Assembly (NCBI RefSeq): GCF_001194135.2
Contig: NC_069002.1
Location: forward strand, 4,497,743-4,539,623
DNA length: 41,881 nucleotides
From: Octopus bimaculoides
Taxonomy: Eukaryota
Direction of reading: 5' to 3'
Of this stretch, positions 12,834 through 24,283 are shown piece after piece (position 1 is the stretch's first letter; every line of letters begins with the position of its first letter). The notes under the pieces are model-generated. The model was not told the DNA's origin. It saw nothing but the letters and a program-made list of their open reading frames with translations, and searched no databases. Position numbers and translations under genes: made by a program.

Positions 12834-13526
12834 NNNNNNNNNNNNNNNNNNNNNNNNNNNNNNNNNNNNNNNNNNNNNNNNNNNNNNNNNNNNNNNNNNN
12901 NNNNNNNNNNNNNNNNNNNNNNNNNNNNNNNNNNNNNNNNNNNNNNNNNNNNNNNNNNNNNNNNNNNNNNNNNNNNNNNNNNNNNNNNNNNNNNNNNNNN
13001 NNNNNNNNNNNNNNNNNNNNNNNNNNNNNNNNNNNNNNNNNNNNNNNNNNNNNNNNNNNNNNNNNNNNNNNNNNNNNNNNNNNNNNNNNNNNNNNNNNNN
13101 NNNNNNNNNNNNNNNNNNNNNNNNNNNNNNNNNNNNNNNNNNNNNNNNNNNNNNNNNNNNNNNNNNNNNNNNNNNNNNNNNNNNNNNNNNNNNNNNNNNN
13201 NNNNNNNNNNNNNNNNNNNNNNNNNNNNNNNNNNNNNNNNNNNNNNNNNNNNNNNNNNNNNNNNNNNNNNNNNNNNNNNNNNNNNNNNNNNNNNNNNNNN
13301 NNNNNNNNNNNNNNNNNNNNNNNNNNNNNNNNNNNNNNNNNNNNNNNNNNNNNNNNNNNNNNNNNNNNNNNNNNNNNNNNNNNNNNNNNNNNNNNNNNNN
13401 NNNNNNNNNNNNNNNNNNNNNNNNNNNNNNNNNNNNNNNNNNNNNNNNNNNNNNNNNNNNNNNNNNNNNNNNNNNNNNNNNNNNNNNNNNNNNNNNNNNN
13501 NNNNNNNNNNNNNNNNNNNNNNNNNN

Positions 13527-13588
<62 letters not shown>

Positions 13589-13649
13589 TTCAACTGTACA
13601 GAAAACAAAAGACATAGAGTGGTAGAGGAACTACAAGCAGGTGTGTCTA

Positions 13650-13715
13650 TTTGACACTTGGGAAAAATGGAAAAGTCTTTGACGTTTCGAGTCTACGCTC
13701 TTCAATATAAAGGGT
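13650..13715 (-). mobile_element. Penelope-like element terminal-repeat relic with a decayed hammerhead motif (family HHR-1)
   Basis: Minus strand reads cttt-atattgaa-gag-cgtaga-ctc-gaaacgtc-aaag. It shares tttgac.ct.g...aaagt.tttgacgtttcgag.....ctcttc with 27480-27540. Stems I and II are intact, but the CUGANGA core is mutated. Confidence 0.6.
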
Positions 13716-14826
13716 GAGAGGAAAGAAATGGAAATAGGGGAAAATGTGTCGGGATTAAGGGTTCCACATGTATGTATGTATGTATGTATGTATGTATGTA
13801 TTATGTATGTATGTATGTATGTATGTATGTATGTATTTATGTATGTATGTATGTATGTATGTGTATGTATGTATGTATGTATGTATGTGTATGTATGTGT
13901 TCTGTACATGTATGTATGTATATATGTGTGTATGTATGTGTGTATGTATGTGTGAATGTATGTGTGAATGTATGTGTATGTGTGTATGTATGTATAGACA
14001 TATACTCACACATATATTGTATATATCCTATTATCAGTCTAATAATATATACCATTCTCTCATTTCATTCTTCTCACCTATTTTCCAGTCCTTATCATTC
14101 CATAAATTGGTAAATCCTGATATCTCGGAACAGAGTTCTGTATCATGTTTCTAGTTCTTCTCTATCTGTCTCTCATGCACACACATTCATTCACTCAATC
14201 TCCCTCTCTCTCTCTCCCTCCCTCTCTCTCCCCCTCTCTTTCTATTCATTTCTCTCTGTGTGTTTCCTTCTACTTCTCTCTTTCTTGCCATCTCTCATTC
14301 ATTCTTCTCTGACGTATTTCTTCATTTCTTCTTTCTGAAGAATATTACTTCTCGCTCTCACTCACCCTCCCTCACACATCTGCCACGCATCTCCTACGCG
14401 TACACACTTAAATACACCTGTATATACCGCACACGCATGCACGCACACACTCACGAACACACACACACACACACACGCGCGCGCGCATAAACAAATACAC
14501 AAGCACACACACAAAAAACACACATACAAACACAAAAAACAACACACATACACACACACACACGAATACGTACACGCAGAAGAGCTCAAGACACACGGAT
14601 ATTCATACATACATTTTCTCATACACACACATAGAGAGATTAACGCACGCACACAAACATACACATTCATACAAGAAAATGAAAGCCTCCTGGTGGTCAT
14701 TTGGCCTACTACAAATAGCAGGCAAATCTCCCTCAAATCAGACACACACACACACACACACACATACACGACCACATACCACACTCAATCTCTTTCTCTC
14801 TCTGTCACTTTCTCTCTCTTTCTCTT

Positions 14827-14858
<32 letters not shown>

Positions 14859-14908
14859 GAACACATATCGCAGACACATACACTCTCTCTTACGCACACA
14901 CACTCACG

Positions 14909-14946
<38 letters not shown>

Positions 14947-15200
14947 CTCACGTTAACACACATGCAGAGACCCTCACACAACATATATAAATAACAACAA
15001 GAACAGCAAGAAACAGAAAAGAACATTCATGAGAACATGCTCATAGCAACAACAACATCAACAATCTGTTTGCCATTTATCCGCACAAATCATTTCAAGT
15101 AGGAGATCCTCTTGTGATGTGGGTAAACCATTAAACTATACCCCGCAACTCCGACAACACACCACTACCGCCACTACTACTACTACTACCAACACCAAAA

Positions 15201-15305
15201 GGGGTCTGTTTTGACTTTCGTCCTTTCAGGGGCCGATAGAATCAGTACCAGTTGAGTAATGGAGTCGATGTAATCCTCTAGAACGCCCCCACCTCCAAAA
15301 TAAAT
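15201..15305 (+). mobile_element. SINE family A, core fragment
   Basis: ctttcgtcctttcaggggccgatagaatcagtaccagttgagtaatggagtcgatgtaatc aligns to 8370-8450. Confidence 0.75.
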
Positions 15306-16341
15306 TGCAATTAGATCTACTGAACAATAACAATATTCACACCAAAAAAAAACAAACAAGGAAAGCAATCATCACAACAGCGGTATCCATAGCAACAACA
15401 CCAACAACAGCATTCACAGTCATCGTATACATCGTATACAACAACAACACCAACAACAACACACTACAAGCAATAACAACCACAAGAATAATATCTATTA
15501 CATCTATCTATGATCACAACAAGATCTGGAACAACAAAAACGGCAACAACAACAATCATAAGAATATATTCACAACATCAGCAACAACAACAACAATCGT
15601 AGCACTCATATCTACAAAAACAACAATAGTGAAGAGAACAATCACATTTCCGGCAGAAGATGAGGAGGAGGAGGCAGAAGAAGAAAAAAATGAAGAAAGG
15701 AATGAGGAGGGGAAGAAGAAAAAGAAGTACAACAACAATAACAACAAGAGTTCACTAATTATTTGCCAATCAATGTAAAAGCAAAACAACAAAAAAGCAA
15801 AGGGGTAAGAGTGGGGTGGTGTTATCGAAACCCTATCTCCATCATCCTTTTACTCTCCTCCTCATCAAAGACAAAACAACCATCAAAGATGGCGGGTGGC
15901 GGGTGGCAGGAAAAACCCTTTGTTGTTCGGTTTAAATAACAGAAACATTCACCTTTAAACACACCTGGATTATAGAGAAATGGGTAGATGATGATGTGTG
16001 TGTGTGTGTGTGTGTGTGTGTGAGTGTGTGTGTACGTGCGTGCGTGCGTGCGCGCGCATTTGTGTCTATGTGTATGTATTTGTCTGTGTGTGCGCGTCAT
16101 TGCAAGGGTGTATGTGTGCGTGGATATATATACATATATATATATATATGCACTTTTAGGTGTATATGTGTGTGTGTATGAGCGTGTGTATGTACGTGTG
16201 CATGTTGGTGCTTGTGTGTTTAAATCTGTTTGAAGGCATGGGTATATATGTGTATATACATGTATATATTTGTTTCTGTCTGTGTGTGTGGATGTATATC
16301 GTTGCGAAGGTGTGTGTGCAAGTGCTTGAGTCTATCTATCC

Positions 16342-16385
<44 letters not shown>

Positions 16386-16667
16386 CTCTCTCTCTCTCTC
16401 TATCTATCTTAGGGTCAAGAGTTTCGTGCACTTTGGTATGTGCCCTCTCAGCCGACCCTCGAGTCTCTCAAAATATAAATACATAGATATACAGATACAC
16501 AAAACACACACACGCACACACACACACATAAATAAATTCATTTATGGAAAGAACCCTTGATTTTCATCTCCCACGTACCTGTTGGCTTTCTCATTGGTAA
16601 TGCTTTTTCCTATATATATATACACGTATGTGCGTATATGTAATTATTTTTCCCAAATAAATAGCAC

Positions 16668-16765
16668 TTCATATTCGATGCTCCGATGAAGCTATAGGGT
16701 GTTACTCTGGCACTCAGCTATGAGTCTACAGCATCTCATGGCAGAAACAGCTGTAAGCTAATGAA
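16668..16765 (+). ncRNA. Type I hammerhead ribozyme motif, Penelope-like element type (family HHR-2)
   Basis: Stem I gct/agc plus ttcat/atgaa; core CCGAUGA at 16683-16689; long stem II (gctatagggtgtt/agcatctcatggc, 16691-16742); GAAA at 16744-16747; palindromic stem III ACAGCUGU; cleavage triplet GUA at 16753-16755. Confidence 0.75.
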
Positions 16766-17780
16766 ATTCATAAGATAATCTTATGAGTTTTTGTCATCCC
16801 ATTTTCTTTCTTTCTGTATATATATATATATATATATGTAATTATAGATAGATAGATAGATAGATAGAATATCTAACTATACATATTTGTACCTTTGTCT
16901 ACTTAACTTCATCTCTGTTTCTCATTTATCTCTCCCAGTTCTCCCTTTTTTTTTGTTTTTCTCTCTTATCTCTCACAATGTTCTCTCCTCCTCCTCCTCC
17001 TTTCTCTCCCCCTCTCTCTCTCCAACACACAAACAAGCGCAAACTCATAATCCTTCTCTTCTCCCCCCCTCCCTCACTTCATATACCTGTACGTTATATA
17101 ACAACTGTGTGGAATGCCAGACAGGAAGGAAGAAGAACCGAAGCTCAGAACAAAAACGATGAACTAACTTACAAGGTTAACCAAACAGTTTACAGTCTAA
17201 TGAGACGTTCGGATTTATATTGGTGTACATGCGGTGCAGTCACAGATATAATTAATGACTAGGTTGTTTTTCCTGCGTCTACTCTTTTATAGATCTAGAT
17301 TGTAATTCATCTTAATGGGGCTCTTCTCTTCTCTAATACATCTCTACGTCTACTCTGGGCTTGTGCTGCGTTCGTTATTCATGTGCCATATGCGCTGGTA
17401 TCGCTCAGGGCCGTAGGTGCATAGCAAGTCACCTTGACAGGCACGTAACACGAATGTCTTTTTCTAATGTATGTTATTAATCATATTCGCGAGCAGGCTC
17501 GTGCACATTGCTCGGGAAAGCGTTTGCAATGGAGCATATATTTATAGTCAGAATTTTTGTAAGAGTGTAATAATGGTGACGAAGATGGTGATGGTGGTGA
17601 TGATGATGATGATGAAATTATTATTAATAATAATAGTAATGTCGACAACAATAATAGCAAAGCAACAACAGCAACAGCATCAACTACAACAACAACAACA
17701 ACAACAACAATAATAATGATCTAGGTGTCAGGAAGACACTCGGCAAGAAATAGAAACAAAATTGAAAGATGATGATGATA

Positions 17781-17847
<67 letters not shown>

Positions 17848-18065
17848 CTTAATAATAATAGGCTGTGTAAATATTGTTGAGGAATTCTCATACGCCATTT
17901 GTTATCTGTGAACATTTTGATGAATGTTCTGGGTTTTGTTTCTTGCTTGTTTTTGTTTGTTTCTTTTTCTTGTTTGTTTTTTCATTTTCTTTTTCCAAAA
18001 TGTACCTAATTCCTTTTGATGTTAGGATGGGAACTCTTGTTTTATTTCAAACCATGAATAATAAA

Positions 18066-18068
<3 letters not shown>

Positions 18069-18146
<78 letters not shown>

Positions 18147-18188
18147 AAGAAGAAGAAGAAGAAGAAGAAGAAGAAGAAGAAGAAGAAG

Positions 18189-18231
<43 letters not shown>

Positions 18232-18251
18232 TCAGCAGTGGTGGCGGCGGC

Positions 18252-18306
<55 letters not shown>
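18069..18306. repeat. Compound trinucleotide microsatellite (AAT)n(AAG)n(AAC)n...(AGT)n
   Basis: Read directly from the sequence. Confidence 0.95.
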
Positions 18307-18307
<1 letters not shown>

Positions 18308-18348
18308 AAGAGGGCTAAAAACGAACGTCCTTCATCTGTACACTAATA

Positions 18349-18385
18349 TACAAGGTGTATTCCAGAAGTTTTGAGGCTTTTTCAG
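18349..18385 (+). mobile_element. Possible isolated Tc1/mariner terminal inverted repeat
   Basis: TA followed by caaggtgtattccagaagttttgag resembles mariner termini (TA-CGAGGG..T....AAAAGTT). I found no partner TIR in the window. Confidence 0.3.
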
Positions 18386-18444
18386 GTGAGGCATTCATTC
18401 ATTTGAAAGAGGAACGAAGTAGGATCTTTTGATTTCGTGAAGAC

Positions 18445-18726
18445 CCCATAAGTTACGGGGAGGTAAACACACCAACATCGGTTGTCAAGTGATTGTGGGA
18501 GAGACAAACACAGACACACAAACATATATATATCTATACACTACGGGCTTTTTTCAGTATCCGTCTACGAAATCCACTCAGAAGGCTTTGGTCGCCCCGA
18601 GAGAGCAATAGAATAAGTACTAGGCTTACAAAGAATAAGTCCTGACGTCGATTTGTTCGACAAAAACCGCTTAAGGTGGTGCCCCAGCATGGCCGCAGTC
18701 AAATGACTGAAATAAATGAAAGAATA
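18445..18726. mobile_element. SINE family B copy with an inverted 5' segment
   Basis: 18445-18601 matches the SINE middle in minus orientation. 18602-18726 matches the SINE 3' part in plus orientation and ends in the gaaataaatgaaagaata tail. Confidence 0.85.
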
Positions 18727-19241
18727 TATATTTATATAAAGGGCACAATCATTGAGCTTTCAATTATAAATGTGAAGACGGTTGACCAAGTTTTTAGTGT
18801 GTCTTCAAATTAGCTTGTGAAACGCTTTCGCCAAAAACTAGGATTCCAGTAGTGTTGAGTGAAGAATTAAATTGAAATTGTGTTCTTTAATGAAAGCCAT
18901 TCTGTCACAAGATCTCTGTGGTGCTTTTTTGCTTCTACATCACTTCAAACAGCGGCCTTTTATTAATTAAGAATTGCTTGGGCAGGAAGTAAAAAAATGT
19001 GTGTGTATGTATGCATGTGTGTATGTACGTGGGCATGTATGTATTTATGTGTTTACGTGGGTATGTATGTATGTATGTATGTATGTATGTATGTGTGTAT
19101 GTGTGTGTATGTATGTATTACGTGTGTGTATGTGTTTGTATGTATTTATGTGCGTGTATGTATGTATGTATATATGTATGTATGAATGTATAGATGTGTG
19201 TATGTATGAATGTGTTTGTATGTAATCATGTGCGTGTAATC

Positions 19242-19306
<65 letters not shown>

Positions 19307-19451
19307 TACATGTACGCGTATTTTTTCAATGTGTACAAATAACACGGAAAAAAAATAATAAATAGTTACCAGGGTGGCAAAAATTCACATAAGTGCCAAT
19401 ATAAAAAAACAAAAATTTATAGTTCTTAAATTTGACACCTAAATGGAGGCT

Positions 19452-19541
19452 GATTCGCTGGTGTAAAGTTAACACACTTAGTCGCGTTAACGAAGGGATG
19501 TGGGTTCGATTCCCACACGGATAGAAAAGCCATTTTTTTTT
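19452..19541 (+). ncRNA. tRNA-like Pol III element or tRNA pseudogene with an oligo-T terminator
   Basis: Cloverleaf: acceptor gattcgc/acggata (5 of 7 pairs), D stem gtgt/acac, anticodon arm cttag/cgaag with a 9-nt loop, perfect T arm gtggg-TTCGATT-cccac. A T9 run sits at 19533-19541. No canonical anticodon loop can be assigned. Confidence 0.55.
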
Positions 19542-21663
19542 CTGTGGAGGGCCCTTTATATGCCCCTTTATTAGACTATTTTCCTTAGTCATTACACGTT
19601 GATCGCTTTAAACTTATATAAAAATACAATTACTATATATGTACATGTATATATATTTATATATACATACACACAAGCATATATAAATATATGTACGTAC
19701 ATTCATGTATGTGTTGCGTGTGCGTGAGTGTCTGTGTGAAGTGACTATATATTTTGCAGTAACTGACCTACTTCCTGATTAATTTGTCCCTAGTTTCACC
19801 AACTTTGAAACTGATCTGCTTGAGTCGCTGATACGTGTAATCCAATTAAACAAGAACAACAACAACATCAGCAACAACGACAACAACAACAACAACAGCA
19901 ATAATAATAATGAAGTGGAGGCTGTCGAATTCCGATCGAGAGTGTCTGTAAATTGAAATGAAAACCCGAAACACCAAAACGTGAATGAATAACAAGAAAA
20001 AAAAAAAAAATCGCAAGCCCTAACCAAGGAGGAAGTCTTTGCGTTGGCGTTCGACCTGAAAGTTATAGTAACCAAATTCTACCTCAGATCGCACCCTACC
20101 NNNNNNNNNNNNNNNNNNNNNNNNNNNNNNNNNNNNNNNNNNNNNNNNNNNNNNNNNNNNNNNNNNNNNNNNNNNNNNNNNNNNNNNNNNNNNNNNNNNN
20201 NNNNNNNNNNNNNNNNNNNNNNNNNNNNNNNNNNNNNNNNNNNNNNNNNNNNNNNNNNNNNNNNNNNNNNNNNNNNNNNNNNNNNNNNNNNNNNNNNNNN
20301 NNNNNNNNNNNNNNNNNNNNNNNNNNNNNNNNNNNNNNNNNNNNNNNNNNNNNNNNNNNNNNNNNNNNNNNNNNNNNNNNNNNNNNNNNNNNNNNNNNNN
20401 NNNNNNNNNNNNNNNNNNNNNNNNNNNNNNNNNNNNNNNNNNNNNNNNNNNNNNNNNNNNNNNNNNNNNNNNNNNNNNNNNNNNNNNNNNNNNNNNNNNN
20501 NNNNNNNNNNNNNNNNNNNNNNNNNNNNNNNNNNNNNNNNNNNNNNNNNNNNNNNNNNNNNNNNNNNNNNNNNNNNNNNNNNNNNNNNNNNNNNNNNNNN
20601 NNNNNNNNNNNNNNNNNNNNNNNNNNNNNNNNNNNNNNNNNNNNNNNNNNNNNNNNNNNNNNNNNNNNNNNNNNNNNNNNNNNNNNNNNNNNNNNNNNNN
20701 CAAACACGCGCGCACACACACACACACGTATACAGAACATAGAACTCTATTCCCTTCTAAGACAAATAAGCGGAAAATAATTCAACAATGAAAATCAGTC
20801 TTAAATTCCTTTCCAAACCAAATAAATCCCAAAAATCTAAAAAAAAAAAAAAAATTTTAATCGAACCCCCCCACCAAAAAAAAATTAAAATTTATATACA
20901 AAAAAAGTGTCTGCGATGGAAGTTTATTGGCCAAAAGACTTTTATGGTATACCGGAAGACGTTTTTGACATTCCGGAAGCTAATGTAAGAAGACTACACC
21001 TCAGTCCCATTTCATAACCTTTTGCCGTTCTAGACTTTCACACTCTCTTCTCTCTCTTCCTTTCTCTCTCTTTTCTCCCCCTTTCTCTCTGTTTATCTAT
21101 TTATCTATCTATCTATCTATCTATCTTTCTCTCTCGTTCTATCTATTCTATCTTTTTGTCTTTCTTTCTCCAACATCCTATACCTCTCACTCTCTCTCTC
21201 ACTCTCTTTCTCTCTCTCTCACTCTCTCTCTCTCTCTCTCACTCTCTTTCTTTCTCTCTCACTCTCTTTCTCTCTCTCTTCCTCATTCTGTTTCTGTCTT
21301 TCTTTCCCATTGCCCTACCTCCATCTTTCTCTTTCCTCTCCGCTCCCTAAATCATTTTCTACACCAACTTCTGACCAAACAAGGATGGTTGCTTAGACCA
21401 ATCCTTCCCTTTGTCGTGAAAGAAGACATCCACCTGGTGATGAATAATCGCCAACGCGGAATTAGCTGCTTCACACACACACATCAACATATCTTTCGGC
21501 CCGTTTACACCATCACCACCTGCTCCAGGCACGGTAGGCCTAACAGGCTTTTTGGTTTAATCACACTTCCTGCTTCTTCTATATCTTTTACCATTTTTTC
21601 AGAGAAGGCTTTTCGCCTGTCTTCCTTTACTCTTCTTTCTTTCTTTAGAATTTTTAATCGTAA

Positions 21664-21783
21664 GCGCATGTATGGTTGTATGGCTGGATAAGAAGCTTGC
21701 TTTGCAGCCACATAGCTTTTGGGGTCAGCCCCACGGCCCTTGACCTTCGGCAAGTATTTTCTGCTATGGCGTTGGGCCCCGAC
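21664..21783 (+). mobile_element. SINE family B head, old and diverged
   Basis: gcgcatgtatgg...aagaagcttgc...ggggtcagcccc...ggcaagtattttctgctat aligns to the 9191 head. Confidence 0.7.
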
Positions 21784-21790
21784 ATTGCTT

Positions 21791-22204
21791 TATTCTTTCA
21801 TTTGTTTACCTGTTTCAGTCATGTTGACTGCGGCCATACTGTAGCACCACCTTTTAGCCGAACAAATCGACCCCAGGACTTACACTTTGTCAGCCTAGTA
21901 CTTATATTATCGGCCTCTTTTGCCGAGTCGCTAAGTTACAAGGACGTCAACACACCAGCATCGGTTGTCAAGTGATTGTAAGGGGACAAACACAGACACT
22001 CAAATGCATACATACACGACACAACACGACACGACACGACAAGCTTGTTTTCAGATTCCGCCTACCAAATCCACTCACAAGGCTTTGTTTGGTCGGTTCA
22101 AGGCAATAGTAGAAGACACTTGCTCAAGATGCTACGCAGTGGGACTGAACCCGGAACCATGTGGTTGAGAAGCAAGCTGTTTACAACACAGTCACTCCTG
22201 CGCC
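21791..22204 (-). mobile_element. SINE family B, full length (~414 bp)
   Basis: Contains the tRNA-like head (reverse complement ggcgcaggag...gggttcagtccc), the internal CA/TA microsatellite linker, the core and the tail. Used here as the in-window reference copy. Confidence 0.92.
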
Positions 22205-22933
22205 TTGCCCTGGTATATATATATATATNNNNNNNNNNNNNNNNNNNNNNNNNNNNNNNNNNNNNNNNNNNNNNNNNNNNNNNNNNNNNNNNNNNNNNNN
22301 NNNNNNNNNNNNNNNNNNNNNNNNNNNNNNNNNNNNNNNNNNNNNNNNNNNNNNNNNNNNNNNNNNNNNNNNNNNNNNNNNNNNNNNNNNNNNNNNNNNN
22401 NNNNNNNNNNNNNNNNNNNNNNNNNNNNNNNNNNNNNNNNNNNNNNNNNNNNNNNNNNNNNNNNNNNNNNNNNNNNNNNNNNNNNNNNNNNNNNNNNNNN
22501 NNNNNNNNNNNNNNNNNNNNNNNNNNNNNNNNNNNNNNNNNNNNNNNNNNNNNNNNNNNNNNNNNNNNNNNNNNNNNNNNNNNNNNNNNNNNNNNNNNNN
22601 NNNNNNNNNNNNNNNNNNNATATATATATATATATACACACACGCATATGGCTGAGTTGAGGATGGATAGGAGAAGAGAACAGTGTCTATGATGTGAGCA
22701 GTCAGTTTTATTTCCTATATTATGAAAATTGACGCCAGTCATTCTCAACAGTCTGCAACAGAATAAAATAAAACTAATTTAGAGCAAAACAAAATAAAAT
22801 GAAATAAACCTGGTCAATGTAGGAACGGTATGATGGTGGGGGGTTTAAGGTGGGGAGACAGACAGCGTTATGCATAAAAAATGAAACACAAAAAAATTGT
22901 GGGTCTTGATATTTAAGCAGAATAAATAAAGTA

Positions 22934-22997
22934 GCTTCTGGTGAGAATCGAACTTAGGTCGGTAGCTTCGTTCACCGGAAGTGTTATGTACACCATT
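22934..22997 (-). other. Second, decayed copy of the tRNA-like element at 19452
   Basis: Minus strand tggtgtacataacac-ttccggtgaacgaag...gttcgattctcac aligns with tggtgtaaagttaacacactt...aacgaag...gttcgattcccac. Confidence 0.5.
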
Positions 22998-23184
22998 ACT
23001 TTCACTACAGGGCACGCCACATGAAAGCGTTTCCTTTTTATCCCTTTCAACTTCCTTTCAGATGGAAGCTATTATTTACTTGTGTATATGTGCATTTGTG
23101 TGTGAGTGTGCGCGCGTGTGTATGTGTTTGTGTGTGCGTGTGTATGCATGCGTGTGTGCGTATGAGTGTGTGTATGTATGTATG

Positions 23185-23264
<80 letters not shown>

Positions 23265-23578
23265 TACGTGTGTGTGTGTGTAAATGCACATACATATATA
23301 TATAGAGAGATTTATATGTATGTATGTATGCAGGTATAAGTATGTGTGTTTGTATGCATGTATATATAGATATGAGTGAACGTATGTATAGTTCTGTGTG
23401 TACATTCTGTGTATATATATTTATGTTATCTACATGTATATGTGCATTTATATATGTATGCGCGTTTTATAAATGAATGCTTTTATGTATATATATAAGC
23501 TTCGACATATACTTTACGAATTTATATATTTTTGAAAGCCTATATTTATATATGTTATTTCCTTAGGTGTACACACGT

Positions 23579-23665
<87 letters not shown>

Positions 23666-24242
23666 AACACACTCACACGCACATACATATATACATATAT
23701 ACTTGCATATACATTCATAGATGCGTATATATATGTGTGTGTATATACATATGTATACATCATGTATGTTTTTTATATATGTTGAATGTATTTATGTGTG
23801 TGTATATACATATATGTATGTATGTATGCACATTTGTACGTTTGTTCGTTTGTATTGGGTTATTTATAAGAATTTCCCAATACAAGAAACAATACAAAGA
23901 AAGCGGGGAGTATGCAGGCAGGATCGCTTCTTCACAATCCACCTCATCACACCCGCCCCCCTCTCTCTCTTTTCTCGGTCACAATATAAAAAAAAAAGAT
24001 GAGAATCAATGTGAAGATGAGTGTATTTCCTTTCAGAGGTATTCCGACCCCCAAAACTGTATTAACAATTCTTTCGTGGCGCCATCTTGAAAATGTGTTA
24101 ACACGTTAAGTCACTTCCGGATTTCAAAGTCATTGCTTTGTTGCACGCAGTTTTGCTTCTTGCTCAAGCCTTCTACTTCTCAACATAGTTTCATACGAAC
24201 ACGTAAATACACACACACACACACACACACATNNNNNNNNNN

Positions 24243-24283
<41 letters not shown>

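Noticed and set aside
21389-21753. 82-aa minus and 100-aa plus ORFs, and a possible 57-bp exon (ttttttcag at 21602 to gtaagc at 21660)
   Set aside because: The first half of the minus ORF is an antisense SINE head. The candidate exon is pyrimidine low-complexity with no recognisable protein.
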